From Octopus bimaculoides (Eukaryota): a stretch of 64,000 bases of DNA. A program made the position numbers and the translations under genes. Position 1 is the first letter of the stretch; every line of letters starts with the position of its first letter. Below, piece after piece: positions 25,436 to 37,199 of the stretch. The notes beneath the pieces are model-generated. The model ran no database searches. It saw nothing but the letters and a program-made list of their open reading frames with translations, and was not told the DNA's origin. The stretch lies in assembly GCF_001194135.2 (NCBI RefSeq), contig NC_068982.1, positions 32,326,627 to 32,390,626 on the forward strand, in the 5' to 3' direction.

Positions 25436-27085
25436 CAACATTTTATTTGAAAGGTAAAGTTTCTAAACTAGATAAGGAAATACAAAAAAATGTAAGATAT
25501 GCAGATATTCACTTGATTGCTCTTTTTTTTTTAAAAAAAAAAAGGGTAAGAGCATATTACATAGTTTATCTCACATTTCACTTTGTCTGAAAATATGGAA
25601 TGGTCATAGCTGAAATGTCTTTGATCATAGAAATTCAAAATGAAGAGAAATCTTAAACTAAACAACAGCAACAACAACAAATTTAATATCTTCCAGACAT
25701 TGAATAAATTCAGGCAAAAGGGTATTAGTTTCTCACGAGACACAAACTAAGGAAATGAGAAGCATAATACCTATTAGCTTTATCAGCATACAATTGAAAT
25801 ACAGGCGTAGCTGTGTGGTTACAAAGTTAGCTTTGAAAATGCATGGTTCCAGGTTCGATCTCACTGCAAGACACCTTAAGCAAGTGTGTTCTAATATAGC
25901 ATTGGATCAGCCAAAGTTTTCTAAGTAGAACCAATAGGTAGAAACTGAAAAGTAGCCTACATACATGCATGCATGTATGCATGCATACATACATACATAC
26001 AAATCTGCGCATAAATACATATGCACATGCCTAGACATGAAAATATATACATAAAAACGCATCCATAAAACAAAAATACAAATCTGCGCATACACTAACA
26101 CCAAATACTGCACACACACACACACACACACAAATACCTAGATGATATTGATAAAAGTTCCAATGAAGGAGCCTTGAATCTATGTTAGAGTCCGGCTCTT
26201 TCTCTATGGACAAGAAATACAGAAATGAAACTGATTGATAACATACATACATACATGTGTGGTTGGGGTACATGAAAATCATCCTGAAAGTTCGCATTCA
26301 CATCTCCTGATCAAAGGAGGTTTCTTTGTTTACAATTACCACCAAGCAAAGACACGTGTAGTTTCAGTTTTTAGTGTGCAAAGAGTAGTGGAATAAAAAA
26401 AAAAAGATACCTTGGAAAACAGGTATGGATTGCCAAAAGGAAGACCATCGAGCCATAGAAAATCTACCTCAACAGATTTCATCTGACAGCTGGTAGCATG
26501 AAAAAATGGACACAAAACCACAAAAAGAAATAAAATGGCTTCAAGTGCAGACTGAAATTACTTCACAATCTTGGTTTTTGCAGAATCGTAGCTCTTACTC
26601 TGCTCGCATATGTTTCCTTCCTCAAGAAATATTGATTTCTAATACTGACACACAAATCTAAAAAATACTTCTAGTGAAAATATATAATCAATTGAATCTG
26701 ATACAAACTCAGTACATGTCTGATATATTTTGTTTGCTTTTGAGGCATAATATCTGAAGTCAATCATAATGGGGTTTGAAACTTTGAACACAGAATGTGG
26801 AGAGATGAAATTGAATACAATAAGACATTAATATAGCATTCTCTCTCTCTCATTTCCTTTTCTACCACTCTCCTGTAATGATATATTATATAGGGTGGTA
26901 GGAAAGACAGGTGCAGACATAACTGTCTGCTTAAGAAGTCTGCCTTGAAGTCACGTGGTTTCAGGTTCAATTCCCAAGTGTGGCACCTTGGAAAAGTGTC
27001 TTCTACTATATTCTCAAGCAAAGCAATGGCTTGAGAGTGAACCTGGTAGAGAGAAACTATGAGGATACCCTATATATATATATAA

Positions 27086-27124
<39 letters not shown>

Positions 27125-27341
27125 NNNNNNNNNNNNNNNNNNNNNNNNNNNNNNNNNNNNNNNNNNNNNNNNNNNNNNNNNNNNNNNNNNNNNNNNNNNN
27201 NNNNNNNNNNNNNNNNNNNNNNNNNNNNNNNNNNNNNNNNNNNNNNNNNNNNNNNNNNNNNNNNNNNNNNNNNNNNNNNNNNNNNNNNNNNNNNNNNNNN
27301 NNNNNNNNNNNNNNNNNNNNATACCCTATATATATATATAA

Positions 27342-27383
<42 letters not shown>

Positions 27384-27885
27384 GTACATACAGAGTCCAC
27401 CCAAAATATATATACAAGCTTCAGGTAAGGTAAAACATGTATAAACATTTTCATTCAGTGTTATGGCAGTTTGATAAAACATTGAAGGAGGTATCTGTAT
27501 TTATAGAGGTACTTATACAAGTTAAATATTTATACAGATTTTTCCTTTCCTGAACTGTGTATACATTTTTTTGGCATATTCTGTATATATTCATTCTACA
27601 GAAGATAAAGGAATTCTTGAATGCAGGATGGCTGTGAAAATCAAGTAAATACTCTTTAGAAGATGGAAAAAAATTGGCCAGCAGGCATCTATAGAGAAGT
27701 GAACTCAATACCTTGTAAACAGGTTTTAGAAGTGCTGAGTGAATTGATATTCTACAGAAAATAAAGGAGTTCTTGAACACAGGATGGCTGTGAAGACAGC
27801 TTAGAAAATCAGGTAAATACCTTTTAAAAGATGAAAGAAAGTGGCCATCAGGCCTCTACAGAGAGAATATATACACACACACACA

Positions 27886-29390
27886 CACACAACCACACTA
27901 ATAACTTAGGAGTGAAAAATTTAGGATTCTTGGTTTTCTGTGAATTAATTTTGATAAAACTTTTCTCAGTTGGTTTGCACACTATGGCAACACCATCATT
28001 ATGTTTCCATTATTTTGTGTAATGTCTTTTCTTTTTTAATTCAGATTCTTCAGTTTTTGGATGAACCATGCTAATAGCTTTTGAATGGAAATAGCCCATC
28101 TAGACATTTTATTTCAGAAAATGAAGGGTAATGATACATATTAAGCATACGTTGAGTATATATCTAACAGAAAACCATAATAATATTCTAACATTTATTG
28201 ACATCATGAATTATTTATCCACATGAGCACCAAGAGAAAAATGATCCGATTGCGAGACCTCCAAGACTGTGAAAGCTAGAGATCTAAGGAATATTGGCCG
28301 TGAGTTACAAGGGAAACCTGGACAAACAAGCAAAGACATTTTCACCATCTCTGGAATTTCTCATGTACCAAAAATCACAAGAAATTGCATCCTCAAGACC
28401 ATGGCTTCCATGCGAAAACTGCCTCCTCACAGGAGTTTGTGGCTTCAATGGCTCCCAAAAGTACATGACATTAGACTTGAGTTGTGTTCTGTTCACCAAC
28501 CAAACCAGGGCAAACCTTGACAAATCTGACAGTTTGACAAATGGTTGAGACTGTTTTGGAGATGAGCATCACCAATATTTATGACATCAACAATAGTATA
28601 GAGGAGTCAAGTTGTGGGCTGGTATCATTGGGTACAGACTTGTTGGCCCAGTTAGGGTGTCTGAAGAGGTTAAAGTGACCGCAGCTGCCTACTGCAATCC
28701 CCTGAAGGAGGTCTTAGATCCCTGACTTGATCACATACAGCTGTCACTTCTAAAGAATCTCATATTCGTGCATGACAATGCTCCCTCCAACTCTGCTAGA
28801 ATCACCCAAATATTCCTAGAGTCTAATGGCATACAAGGTGAAAGGTTGATGGTGTGGCCACTAGCATCTCCAGATCTCAACCCTGTCGAAAATCTTTGGT
28901 CCATCATTAGACAAAGTGTTTATGCTGATGGATGCCAATTTACATCAAAAGATGTCTTATGGACGACCATCAAAAGCTGTTGCAGAAGCAGTCTTGCCTG
29001 CTACTATTAAGAAATTGATGGATTCCATGAGTAACAGGGTTTTTGAAGTTCTCCCTCGAAATGGTACTCATGTAGCTAAATAATTCATTACATCAATAAA
29101 TGTAATAATATTATTATGGTTTTCTGTTAAAAATATACTCAATGTATGCTTAATATCTATCATTACTCTTCATTTTCTGAAAAAAATGTCTAGATGGGCT
29201 ATTTTTATTCAAAAGCGTGGTTCACCCAAAAACTGAAATAAAAAGGAGAGGACGTTAAACAGAATAATGAAAACATAACAATGGTGTTGCCATAATGTGA
29301 AGACCGGCCGGGGGGAAGTTTCATCAAAATGAATTCACAAAAAAACAAGAAATCCTAAATTTCACTCCTAAGCTGTTATGGTTCTGGGTA
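27886..29390 (+). mobile_element. Tc1-like DNA transposon, DD37E (TRT-type), internally deleted and defective
   Basis: Inverted repeats of about 320 bp lie at about 27890-28214 and 29077-29385. The transposase remnant includes VLFTNQTRANLD, GVKLWAGII, HDNAPSNSARITQIFLESNGIQGERLMVWPLASPDLNPVENLW (37 residues between D and E) and SMSNRVFEV, with stops and frameshifts. Confidence 0.92.
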
Positions 29391-30418
29391 TATGTGTGTG
29401 TGTGTGTATATATACATATATATGTATATATATATTTGAGTGTTGTGTTTGTCCCCCAGCACCAATTCACAACCAGTGTTAGTTTGTTTACATCTCCATA
29501 AATAAGTACTTCAGCTACTAGAATAAGTATCAGACTTAAAATTAAGTACTGGAGCCAGTTTGTTCAACTAATTTCCTTCAAAGATGTGCCCCAGTGTGGC
29601 CACATTCCAATAACTGAAAAAAGTAAAAGACACAACATACATACACATATCTATACATATATATATAGATTCTATAGGAACTAGAAGCTGCTTAGATTGG
29701 TGCATGGTATGTGTGGGTGTGTGTGAATATGCATGAGTCTACAGAGATTGACGTTCAAAGCTACAAACTCAGTAACAAACAACACTAAAAACAAAACTAA
29801 TTATAAATAAAGACATATGCAAGCCCCATGCAGCTTAATTACCAAGCAGAAAAGTTGACAGTTTCTGGTTACTAATCAGAGAGATCATTTAACAAAGCTA
29901 TAGTAAAGACCTTGGGAAAAAATTTACTCGTTTACTTTGTTTCATTCATATTAATTAACTTGTTCATATTTCTATTCTCTCAGACCACCTTATCACTCAC
30001 TTTCCCTCTCTATCTTTGTGTGTGTGTGTGAGAGAGAGAGAGAGATACATGCTTTATCTCTCTCTCTCTTTCCTAAACATATCATCCACACTTCCTTCTT
30101 ATTACTTTCCTCATCCATCTTTACTGTTCATTATTGTAGTAAATACAATAATGAACAGTGAGAAAATAGCTCAGCTACATCTTTTTTTTTTCTCAATTAC
30201 AACTGTATTGAAAGAAACTGCTAATAAACGTCGTCATCATCATCCCCACAACCATTACCATCTTCAATAACTATCATTACCACCACCACAATCACTTTCT
30301 TCATCATTATTATTACTTTTAAACACACATGTAAAATGTATACAGCTAGCTCGCTTCAGCTTTGTTTTATTTAGGTCTCGTTCGTTTGCTTCGGAGAGAT
30401 TAAAAACTNNNNNNNNNN

Positions 30419-30900
30419 TTAACATCCGCTTTCCATGCTGGCATGGGTTGGACAGTTTGACAGAGGATTGGCAAGCCAGGAGGCTGCACCAGGGTCCAAT
30501 CTGATCCGACAAGGTTTCTACAGCTGGATGCCCTTCCTAACGCCAACCATTCCAAGAGTGTCGTGGGTGCTTTTTACATGCCACCAGCACAGGTGCCAGT
30601 CAGGTGGTACTGGTATCGACCATGACAATGATTTCACTTGACTCAACAGGTCTTCTCAAGCACAGTATATTGCCCAACGATTGAAGGGTACTCTTAAATG
30701 GCCCGGTTATGTGACACTGGCATAGGCCACGACTACGGTATCATTTGGCATGCTGGATCTTCTCAAGCACGGCATATCTACAAAGGTCTCAGTCACTTGC
30801 CATTGCTTCCATGAGGCCCAATGTTTGAAGGTTGTGCTTCACGACTTCATCTCAGGTCTTCCTGGGTCTGCTTCAACACCTCATCCCAGGTCTTAAAATG
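30419..30900 (+). mobile_element. Family C retroposon (CCATGCTGGCATGGGTTGGAC...CAGCTGGATGCCCTTCCTAACGCCAACC)
   Basis: The same motifs recur at 18440-18750 (-), 33830-34200 and 53120-53490. Confidence 0.8.
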
Positions 30901-31153
30901 CAATTGAGATGCAGTTGAATTAGGTACTTAAATTAAAGCACCTTATTAGGTCAAAATAATTTGCACACCCAAACAATATCAGGTGAATATCAAACTCAGT
31001 GCAAGAGTAGTTGCACCGGATATTCTTGCAGTGTATGCAGACAACAAGACCCAACTTAGGGATGATATCCTCTCATGAATATTCAGACATGTACTTTATA
31101 TAAAAAATACTTTCTATAATATTTCCAAAGTGCAGAATGCAGGGTATGTGAAT

Positions 31154-31225
31154 AAAACATAAATGAGTAACAAAGATGTACAGGTGTCAATATACCTGTA
31201 CATCTTTGTTACTTATTTATGTTTT
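31154..31225. other. Near-perfect 32-bp stem hairpin
   Basis: AAAACATAAATGAGTAACAAAGATGTACAGGT-gtcaatat-ACCTGTACATCTTTGTTACTTATTTATGTTTT, with a single G:T mismatch in the stem. Confidence 0.9.
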
Positions 31226-31250
31226 TTATAGATATCTTAATAATACTAAA

Positions 31251-31801
31251 GTTGAGGCGCAATGGCCCAGTGGTTAGGACAGCGGACTCGCAGTCATAGG
31301 ATCGCGGTTTCGATTCCCAGACTGGGCGTTGTGAGTGTTTATTGAATAAAAACACCTAAAGCTCCACGAGGCTCCGGCAGGAGATGGTGGTGAACACTGC
31401 TGTACTCCTCCACCACAACTTTCTCTCACTCTTACTTTCTGTTTCTGTTGTGCCTGTAATTCAAAGGGTCAGCCTTGTCACACTGTGTCACGCTGAATAT
31501 CCCCGAGAACTACGTTAAGGGTACNNNNNNNNNNAGGCTCCGGCAGGGGATGGTGGTGAACCCTGCTGTACTCTTTCACCACAACTTTCTCTCACTCTTT
31601 CTTCCTGTTTCTGTTGTGCCTGTAATTCAAAGGGCCAGCCTTGTTGCACTGTCACGCTGAATATCCCCGAGAACTACGTTAAGGGTACACATGTCTGTGG
31701 AGTGCTCAACCACTTGCACATTAATTTCATGTGCAGGCTGTTCTGTTGATCGGATCAACTGGAACCCTCGATGTCGTAAGCGACGGAGTGCCAACAACAA
31801 C
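31251..31801 (+). mobile_element. Young tRNA(Arg)-like SINE with 12-bp target-site duplication
   Basis: The head GGCGCAATGGCCCAGTGGTTAGGACAGCGGACTCGCAGTCATAGGATCGCGGTTTCGATTCC has A and B boxes and a TCG anticodon-like loop. The tail is (CAA)n. The TSD AATAATACTAAA lies at 31239-31250 and 31802-31813. The internal duplication across the 10-N gap is probably an assembly artefact. Confidence 0.88.
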
Positions 31802-32097
31802 AATAATACTAAAACTCTAGATGTTTGTTTGTTCCCAAAATATCTCAGAAATAGTATGTTTTATCTTAATTTTTTTTTTACATATATATTTTCATACTTA
31901 CTTTATGCAGTGCAGTGTGAGGTTTCATGATATTTGGATCTCTATTTATTAATGAAATCGGTTAAACACAATTTTTATTTGTTATTTCTTGACAGAAACC
32001 TCCCCCCCCCCCAGCTTCCATGACATCAACACACATTACAAACACATATAATGAATGTCATGGCGTGTGAATCAACACAAACACACACATGGTATCA

Positions 32098-32318
32098 AGG
32101 CGGCGAGCTGGCAGAAACGTTAGCACGTTGGGCGAAATGCTTAGCGGTATTTCATCTGCCGCTAGGTTCTGAGTTCAAATTCCGCCGAGGTCAACTTTGC
32201 TTTTCATCCTTTTGGGAGTCAATTAAATAAGTACCAGTTACACACTGGGGTCAATATAATCGACTTAATCCGTTTGTCCCCTCTGTGTGTAGCCCCTTGT
32301 GGGTAGTAAAGAAATAAC
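32098..32318 (+). mobile_element. Young family B SINE (CpG-intact)
   Basis: AAGGCGGCGAGCTGGCAGAAACGTTAGCACG...TTCTGAGTTCAAATTCCGCCGAGGTC...GCCCCTTGTGGGTAGTAAAGAAATAA. Confidence 0.9.
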
Positions 32319-32450
32319 ACATACGCTATCTGTGACATATACATACACATAATCTTCATGATTTTACTCTATCAACTTTTTTACATACACACACACTGAC
32401 ATAAAGAAACATCTTTTTTGCGAAGATTACTTATCGTTTCATCATTTCAG

Positions 32451-32519
32451 ATTTTATTCTATTTCATTCGACATTTGTAATCTCTTTGTTGTTCTGTCTA
32501 TCCATGAGTACTTTACCAG
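32451..32519 (+). other. Candidate 69-nt exon with signal-peptide-like reading (unverified)
   Basis: It reads cgtttcatcatttcag|...TTACCAG|gtaacg. The phase 1-1 reading is (D)FILFHSTFVISLLFCLSMSTLP(G). No partner exons were found. Confidence 0.2.
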
Positions 32520-32545
32520 GTAACGCTAGGTAGTAAGTCTAGTAT

Positions 32546-33284
32546 NNNNNNNNNNNNNNNNNNNNNNNNNNNNNNNNNNNNNNNNNNNNNNNNNNNNNNN
32601 NNNNNNNNNNNNNNNNNNNNNNNNNNNNNNNNNNNNNNNNNNNNNNNNNNNNNNNNNNNNNNNNNNNNNNNNNNNNNNNNNNNNNNNNNNNNNNNNNNNN
32701 NNNNNNNNNNNNNNNNNNNNNNNNNNNNNNNNNNNNNNNNNNNNNNNNNNNNNNNNNNNNNNNNNNNNNNNNNNNNNNNNNNNNNNNNNNNNNNNNNNNN
32801 NNNNNNNNNNNNNNNNNNNNNNNNNNNNNNNNNNNNNNNNNNNNNNNNNNNNNNNNNNNNNNNNNNNNNNNNNNNNNNNNNNNNNNNNNNNNNNNNNNNN
32901 NNNNNNNNNNNNNNNNNNNNNNNNNNNNNNNNNNNNNNNNNNNNNNNNNNNNNNNNNNNNNNNNNNNNNNNNNNNNNNNNNNNNNNNNNNNNNNNNNNNN
33001 NNNNNNNNNNNNNNNNNNNNNNNNNNNNNNNNNNNNNNNNNNNNNNNNNNNNNNNNNNNNNNNNNNNNNNNNNNNNNNNNNNNNNNNNNNNNNNNNNNNN
33101 NNNNNNNNNNNNNNNNNNNNNNNNNNNNNNNNNNNNNNNNNNNNNNNNNNNNNNNNNNNNNNNNNNNNNNNNNNNNNNNNNNNNNNNNNNNNNNNNNNNN
33201 NNNNNNNNNNNNNNNNNNNNNNNNNNNNNNNNNNNNNNNNNNNNNNNNNNNNNNNNNNNNNNNNNNNNNNNNNNNNNNNNNNNN

Positions 33285-33286
<2 letters not shown>
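32546..33286. other. Assembly gap (741 N); other gaps at 11057-11187, 16969-17012, 27125-27320, 30409-30418, 31525-31534, 58889-59419, 62719-62746
   Basis: Runs of N, most of them bordered by microsatellites or duplicated flanks. Confidence 0.99.
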
Positions 33287-33353
<67 letters not shown>

Positions 33354-34446
33354 AAACAACAGAGGCACAAGTAAGGCTCTGTGGTTAAAAAGTTTGTTTC
33401 TCAACCACATAGTTTGAGGTTCAGTCCCACTGCGTAGTACCTTGAGCAAGTGTCTTCTACTATAGCCCTGGGTCAACCAGTCTTGCAAGTGGATTTAGTA
33501 GACAGAAAGAAACCGACAGAAGCCTGTGATATTAGTGTGTGTGTGTGTTGACTTGTCTTGATATTGCACGAGTTATAAATGAATGTCACTGTCATATAAG
33601 CAGTGTCATCCCTTTCCAATATTCTGTGAAAGCATATCTGGCTGTTGGGGTGGGAATATTATGTTGCTTAGAAACATATGAAGGTTGATAACAAGAAGTG
33701 CATTTGGCTTTAGAAAAATCTGCCCCATTAAATTGTAATACATGCAAACAAAAATTTGAAAGCTAAAATGATAATATATACACACACAAACATGTATACA
33801 TGTATATACACATATGCACATACAAGATCATCCTTTTATGCTCATTTTTCATGCTGGCATGGGTTAGACAGTTTGACCAGAGTTGGCAAGTAGGAGAGCT
33901 GCACCAGGTTCCAATCTGATTTCGGTTGGTTTCTATTGCTGGATGCCCTTCCTAACACCAACCACTTTACAGAGTCTGCTGGGTGCTTTTAACTGGTAAG
34001 AGCACTTTTACGTGTTACCAGCACAAGTACTTTTTATGTGGCACTGGCATGTGACTCTTGCAGGCCAATCTTCTTCATCAGGAGGAGTGGCATTAACACT
34101 TCTGCCATGGAGGATGAGTCTTTTTGCTTGAGTACAGCAAGGCACCAGATATCTCAGTTCTTTGCCATCTTCCTCCATAGGGTTTAGTGTACTTCGTCCC
34201 ATGTCTTCCATGTATACATGTGTATACACATGCGCAAATATACATACACACATGTCCACTGAGTTTTAGCACAGTTTTTCTCTACAAAATTTCACTCGCA
34301 TGTCTTTGGATAGTAAAAAAAACCCATGGTGGAATGCCATGGAACTGAGCCTAGGACCCTGTGACTGCAGACAGAATTTTAATAAGAAAGAGACAAGGAA
34401 GAGAGAAAGAGAAAGATAAATGGAAGAATTGAAGAAGTCTACTTAC

Positions 34447-34744
34447 GATTTTCTTCTTGTTTCATGCCACAGACATAACAAAGGTTTTGTACCCAGGTGA
34501 TCATGTCTTCTTCTGTCTCGGTGGCCAAAAAGTACACTCTTTCTTTTCCTTTGTGGATTGTCTTGATCGAGAGTACATTCGGGTATTCTCCGACATCCAG
34601 CGATTCGATTATCTGTTCACATTGCTCCAGATCAATGTGACCTTTCCGTTTGCGGCACTGCTCATCTCCGTAGTAGTTTAGTACAAACTGTTCAGGTAAG
34701 CTAGCTGCTGGCTTGAACAACACAAAAAAACGCCGCTTCCATTT
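34447..34744 (-). CDS. Gab: Internal exon encoding most of the PH domain of a Gab/Daughter-of-sevenless (GRB2-associated binder) adaptor
   Basis: It reads atattttccag|AAA TGG AAG CGG...GAA AAT C|gtaagt (298 nt, phase 0 to 1) and translates to KWKRRFFVLFKPAASLPEQFVLNYYGDEQCRKRKGHIDLEQCEQIIESLDVGEYPNVLSIKTIHKGKERVYFLATETEEDMITWVQNLCYVCGMKQEEN. This matches Dos (PEQFCLEYY..RKLKGVIDLDQCEQ) and GAB1 (WKRRWFVL, IDLNLCEQ, FYLVADSEEEMNKWV), recalled from memory. Confidence 0.93.
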
Positions 34745-36085
34745 CTGGAAAATATAAAAAAAGGAGGTTAGATATTATTATTGTTGTTGTTATTTCATAT
34801 ACACACAACAGATTAAACTGTTGGAAAAAGAAAAATTCCTAATATCAGGTTACAACAAGTAACCTTAGATGCCAAGAACCTTCCTATGTATCCTGGCTGT
34901 CTCTAATAATACTGTCTTCTGGAGCAGCACTAAACTAGGTTTTATGCATATTTCCTCTATGCACCAACTGAAATTTTTAGGGATAGTTCCTAATGCACCT
35001 ATAACTACAGGGTGCTTTTAACATTGCATTTGGTACTTTGTAATTTTCTCTCTACCTCTCACACTGACTTTCTCACCATTTGAGACCGTAAAGTCAATTA
35101 CCTGGCACTTTCTGTTCTCTTTGTCTATTATTACTATGGCAGCAAGCTGGTAGAATCGTTAGCACACTGGATGAAATGTTTAGCGGTATTTCACCCATTG
35201 CTACGTTCTGAGTTCAAATTCCGCCCAGGTTGACACTGCCTTTCATCTTTTTGGGGTCAATAAATTAAATACCAGTGGAACATTGGGGTCGATGTAACCG
35301 ACTCATTTCTTCTCCTAAAATGGTTGCCCTTGTGGCAAAATTTGAAATTATTATTATTATAATTATTATTATTACTATTAAAGTAATAACTTTACTTTTG
35401 TTGCATGTTTTCACTGCACACCAAAATGCAGCTTTGTTTGCTTTGGATATGTGCAACCTTTCATTTTGTTTTGTTAATATGAAGACACTTCCTGTTTTCA
35501 ATCACTACATCCAAATATTATTAAGGGAGCTGTGAAGGTAGAAAGAAAGATACAGCACCCACCTCCCCCTTAAATGCTTTGAAAGTTGGATAAAGTAGTG
35601 GAATTGGGCCAACTTATGTATGCAATTGTAGGTTGGTGGTAAGAATTAGGAAAAGGTACCTGCTTCTGATGTATCTAGGTATTCCTGTGTTGTGTGTGGT
35701 GTGCTCCGAGTCACCTTTCTATTTTGAAGATCCTTCTCTCTTGTTATATTGGATCTTTATTATTACTACATTTATTGTTTTCTGGTAAGGATGTCTTTAC
35801 AGCTACATTGTTAATCTCCCACTGTTTCCTGTTTCTTTTTCTGCTTAACCTATGCACTCTACTCCTGAGCCCTTGTAGCGAATAAAAGAAATCATTTATT
35901 ATTATCATTGATTTGGTTCCTATTTCTAGCCGGTTGGGTGACCATGGTTGTGTGAGTAAGAAGTTCACTTTGCAACCATCTGGCTTCAGGTTTGCCTTGT
36001 GTTTGTGTCTTCTATACTGTGTCTTGAGGTAATCAATGTCTTGCAAGTAAATTTGGTAGACAAAGACTGTGTAGAAGCCAAGCCT

Positions 36086-36129
<44 letters not shown>

Positions 36130-36532
36130 AATGAGAACTGGTGTTGGTTTGTTCATATCCTTATAAGTTAGTGGTTCAATAAAAAGACACTGTTAGAACA
36201 AATATCAGACTTAAGTATTGGGTAGATCTGATCAACTGAATCCGTCATGTTAGTGCCCCAGCATGGCCATAAGAATAAAATATGTCTTTTACAATGAACA
36301 AATGAAGACTAAAGAACATACAATCAGAATACTGAAATGTAAAAGACCAGGTTTCAAACTTTTCTGGCAGTTAAAATTAGAATTAAATGACACTTTGAAG
36401 TCTCTTTTATGTCTGATCAGAAGACACAAAAGTTCAAGTACATATTTTTATAAACAACCAGTGAAAATCTATTGAAAGGAATTATAAATAAATTTGAAAT
36501 GCATTTATATAGGTAGCAAAAACTATTTACTT

Positions 36533-36577
<45 letters not shown>

Positions 36578-37199
36578 ATGTGCAAGCATGCGTGTGTGTG
36601 TGTGTGAATGAGTGAGTGAGAGAGAGAGATGTGTAATGAGATAGTATTGTCCAATTCATGCTAACATGGAAAAACATGTTAAAATGACAGAGAGAGAAAG
36701 AGAGTGTCTTGCACTGAAGACTGGTAATAGAAACTGGTTTTACTACTTATCAAGGAGCCTACACATGCATGCGAATGTGTAGGTGATCATGTGTGCATAC
36801 ACACACACATGCCAGACATTTATTCCATAAAACACACCGATATAATTAGAAGGAAAAATTATGAAATGATTACTGAATAAACTGCTCAATGAAAGCAAAC
36901 AAAAATATCTTACACACACAGACACTCCCCACTCTCTCTAACTTAAGTTCATGTGTGAGTGTGTGTGTGTGTGTTCTTTTTTACACCCATTTGTTCACAC
37001 TAAAATAGTTTGCAGAAAGGGTGTAGACATCAATAAAACCAGATACTCTCATAGGAAACATACAAGATATTAAAGCATATACAGATTCAAATTCACATTT
37101 CTTGTATTTTGGAGAATTTTCAAACATATTTGAACATGAAAAAAATTATGGTTGTAAAAGAAATATAACTTTTAAGCTGAAAAAGTTTAAAATGTTTGT

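Noticed and set aside
26596-26654. Possible exon upstream of PLAC (LCVSIRNQYFLRKETYASR)
   Set aside because: It ends in phase 0, incompatible with the phase-1 PLAC acceptor, and has no TSP1 signature.
27064-27382. Identical sequence on both sides of the 27125-27320 gap
   Set aside because: Typical unmerged contig overlap rather than a biological duplication. The same applies to the repeat around 31525-31534.
31256-31327. tRNA-Arg gene
   Set aside because: The acceptor and T stems are imperfect, and it continues into a SINE body with a tail and TSD, so it is a SINE head.
32513-33488. Long ORFs of 285 and 320 aa (also 58816-59470)
   Set aside because: Artefacts of N runs and (CT)n tracts.
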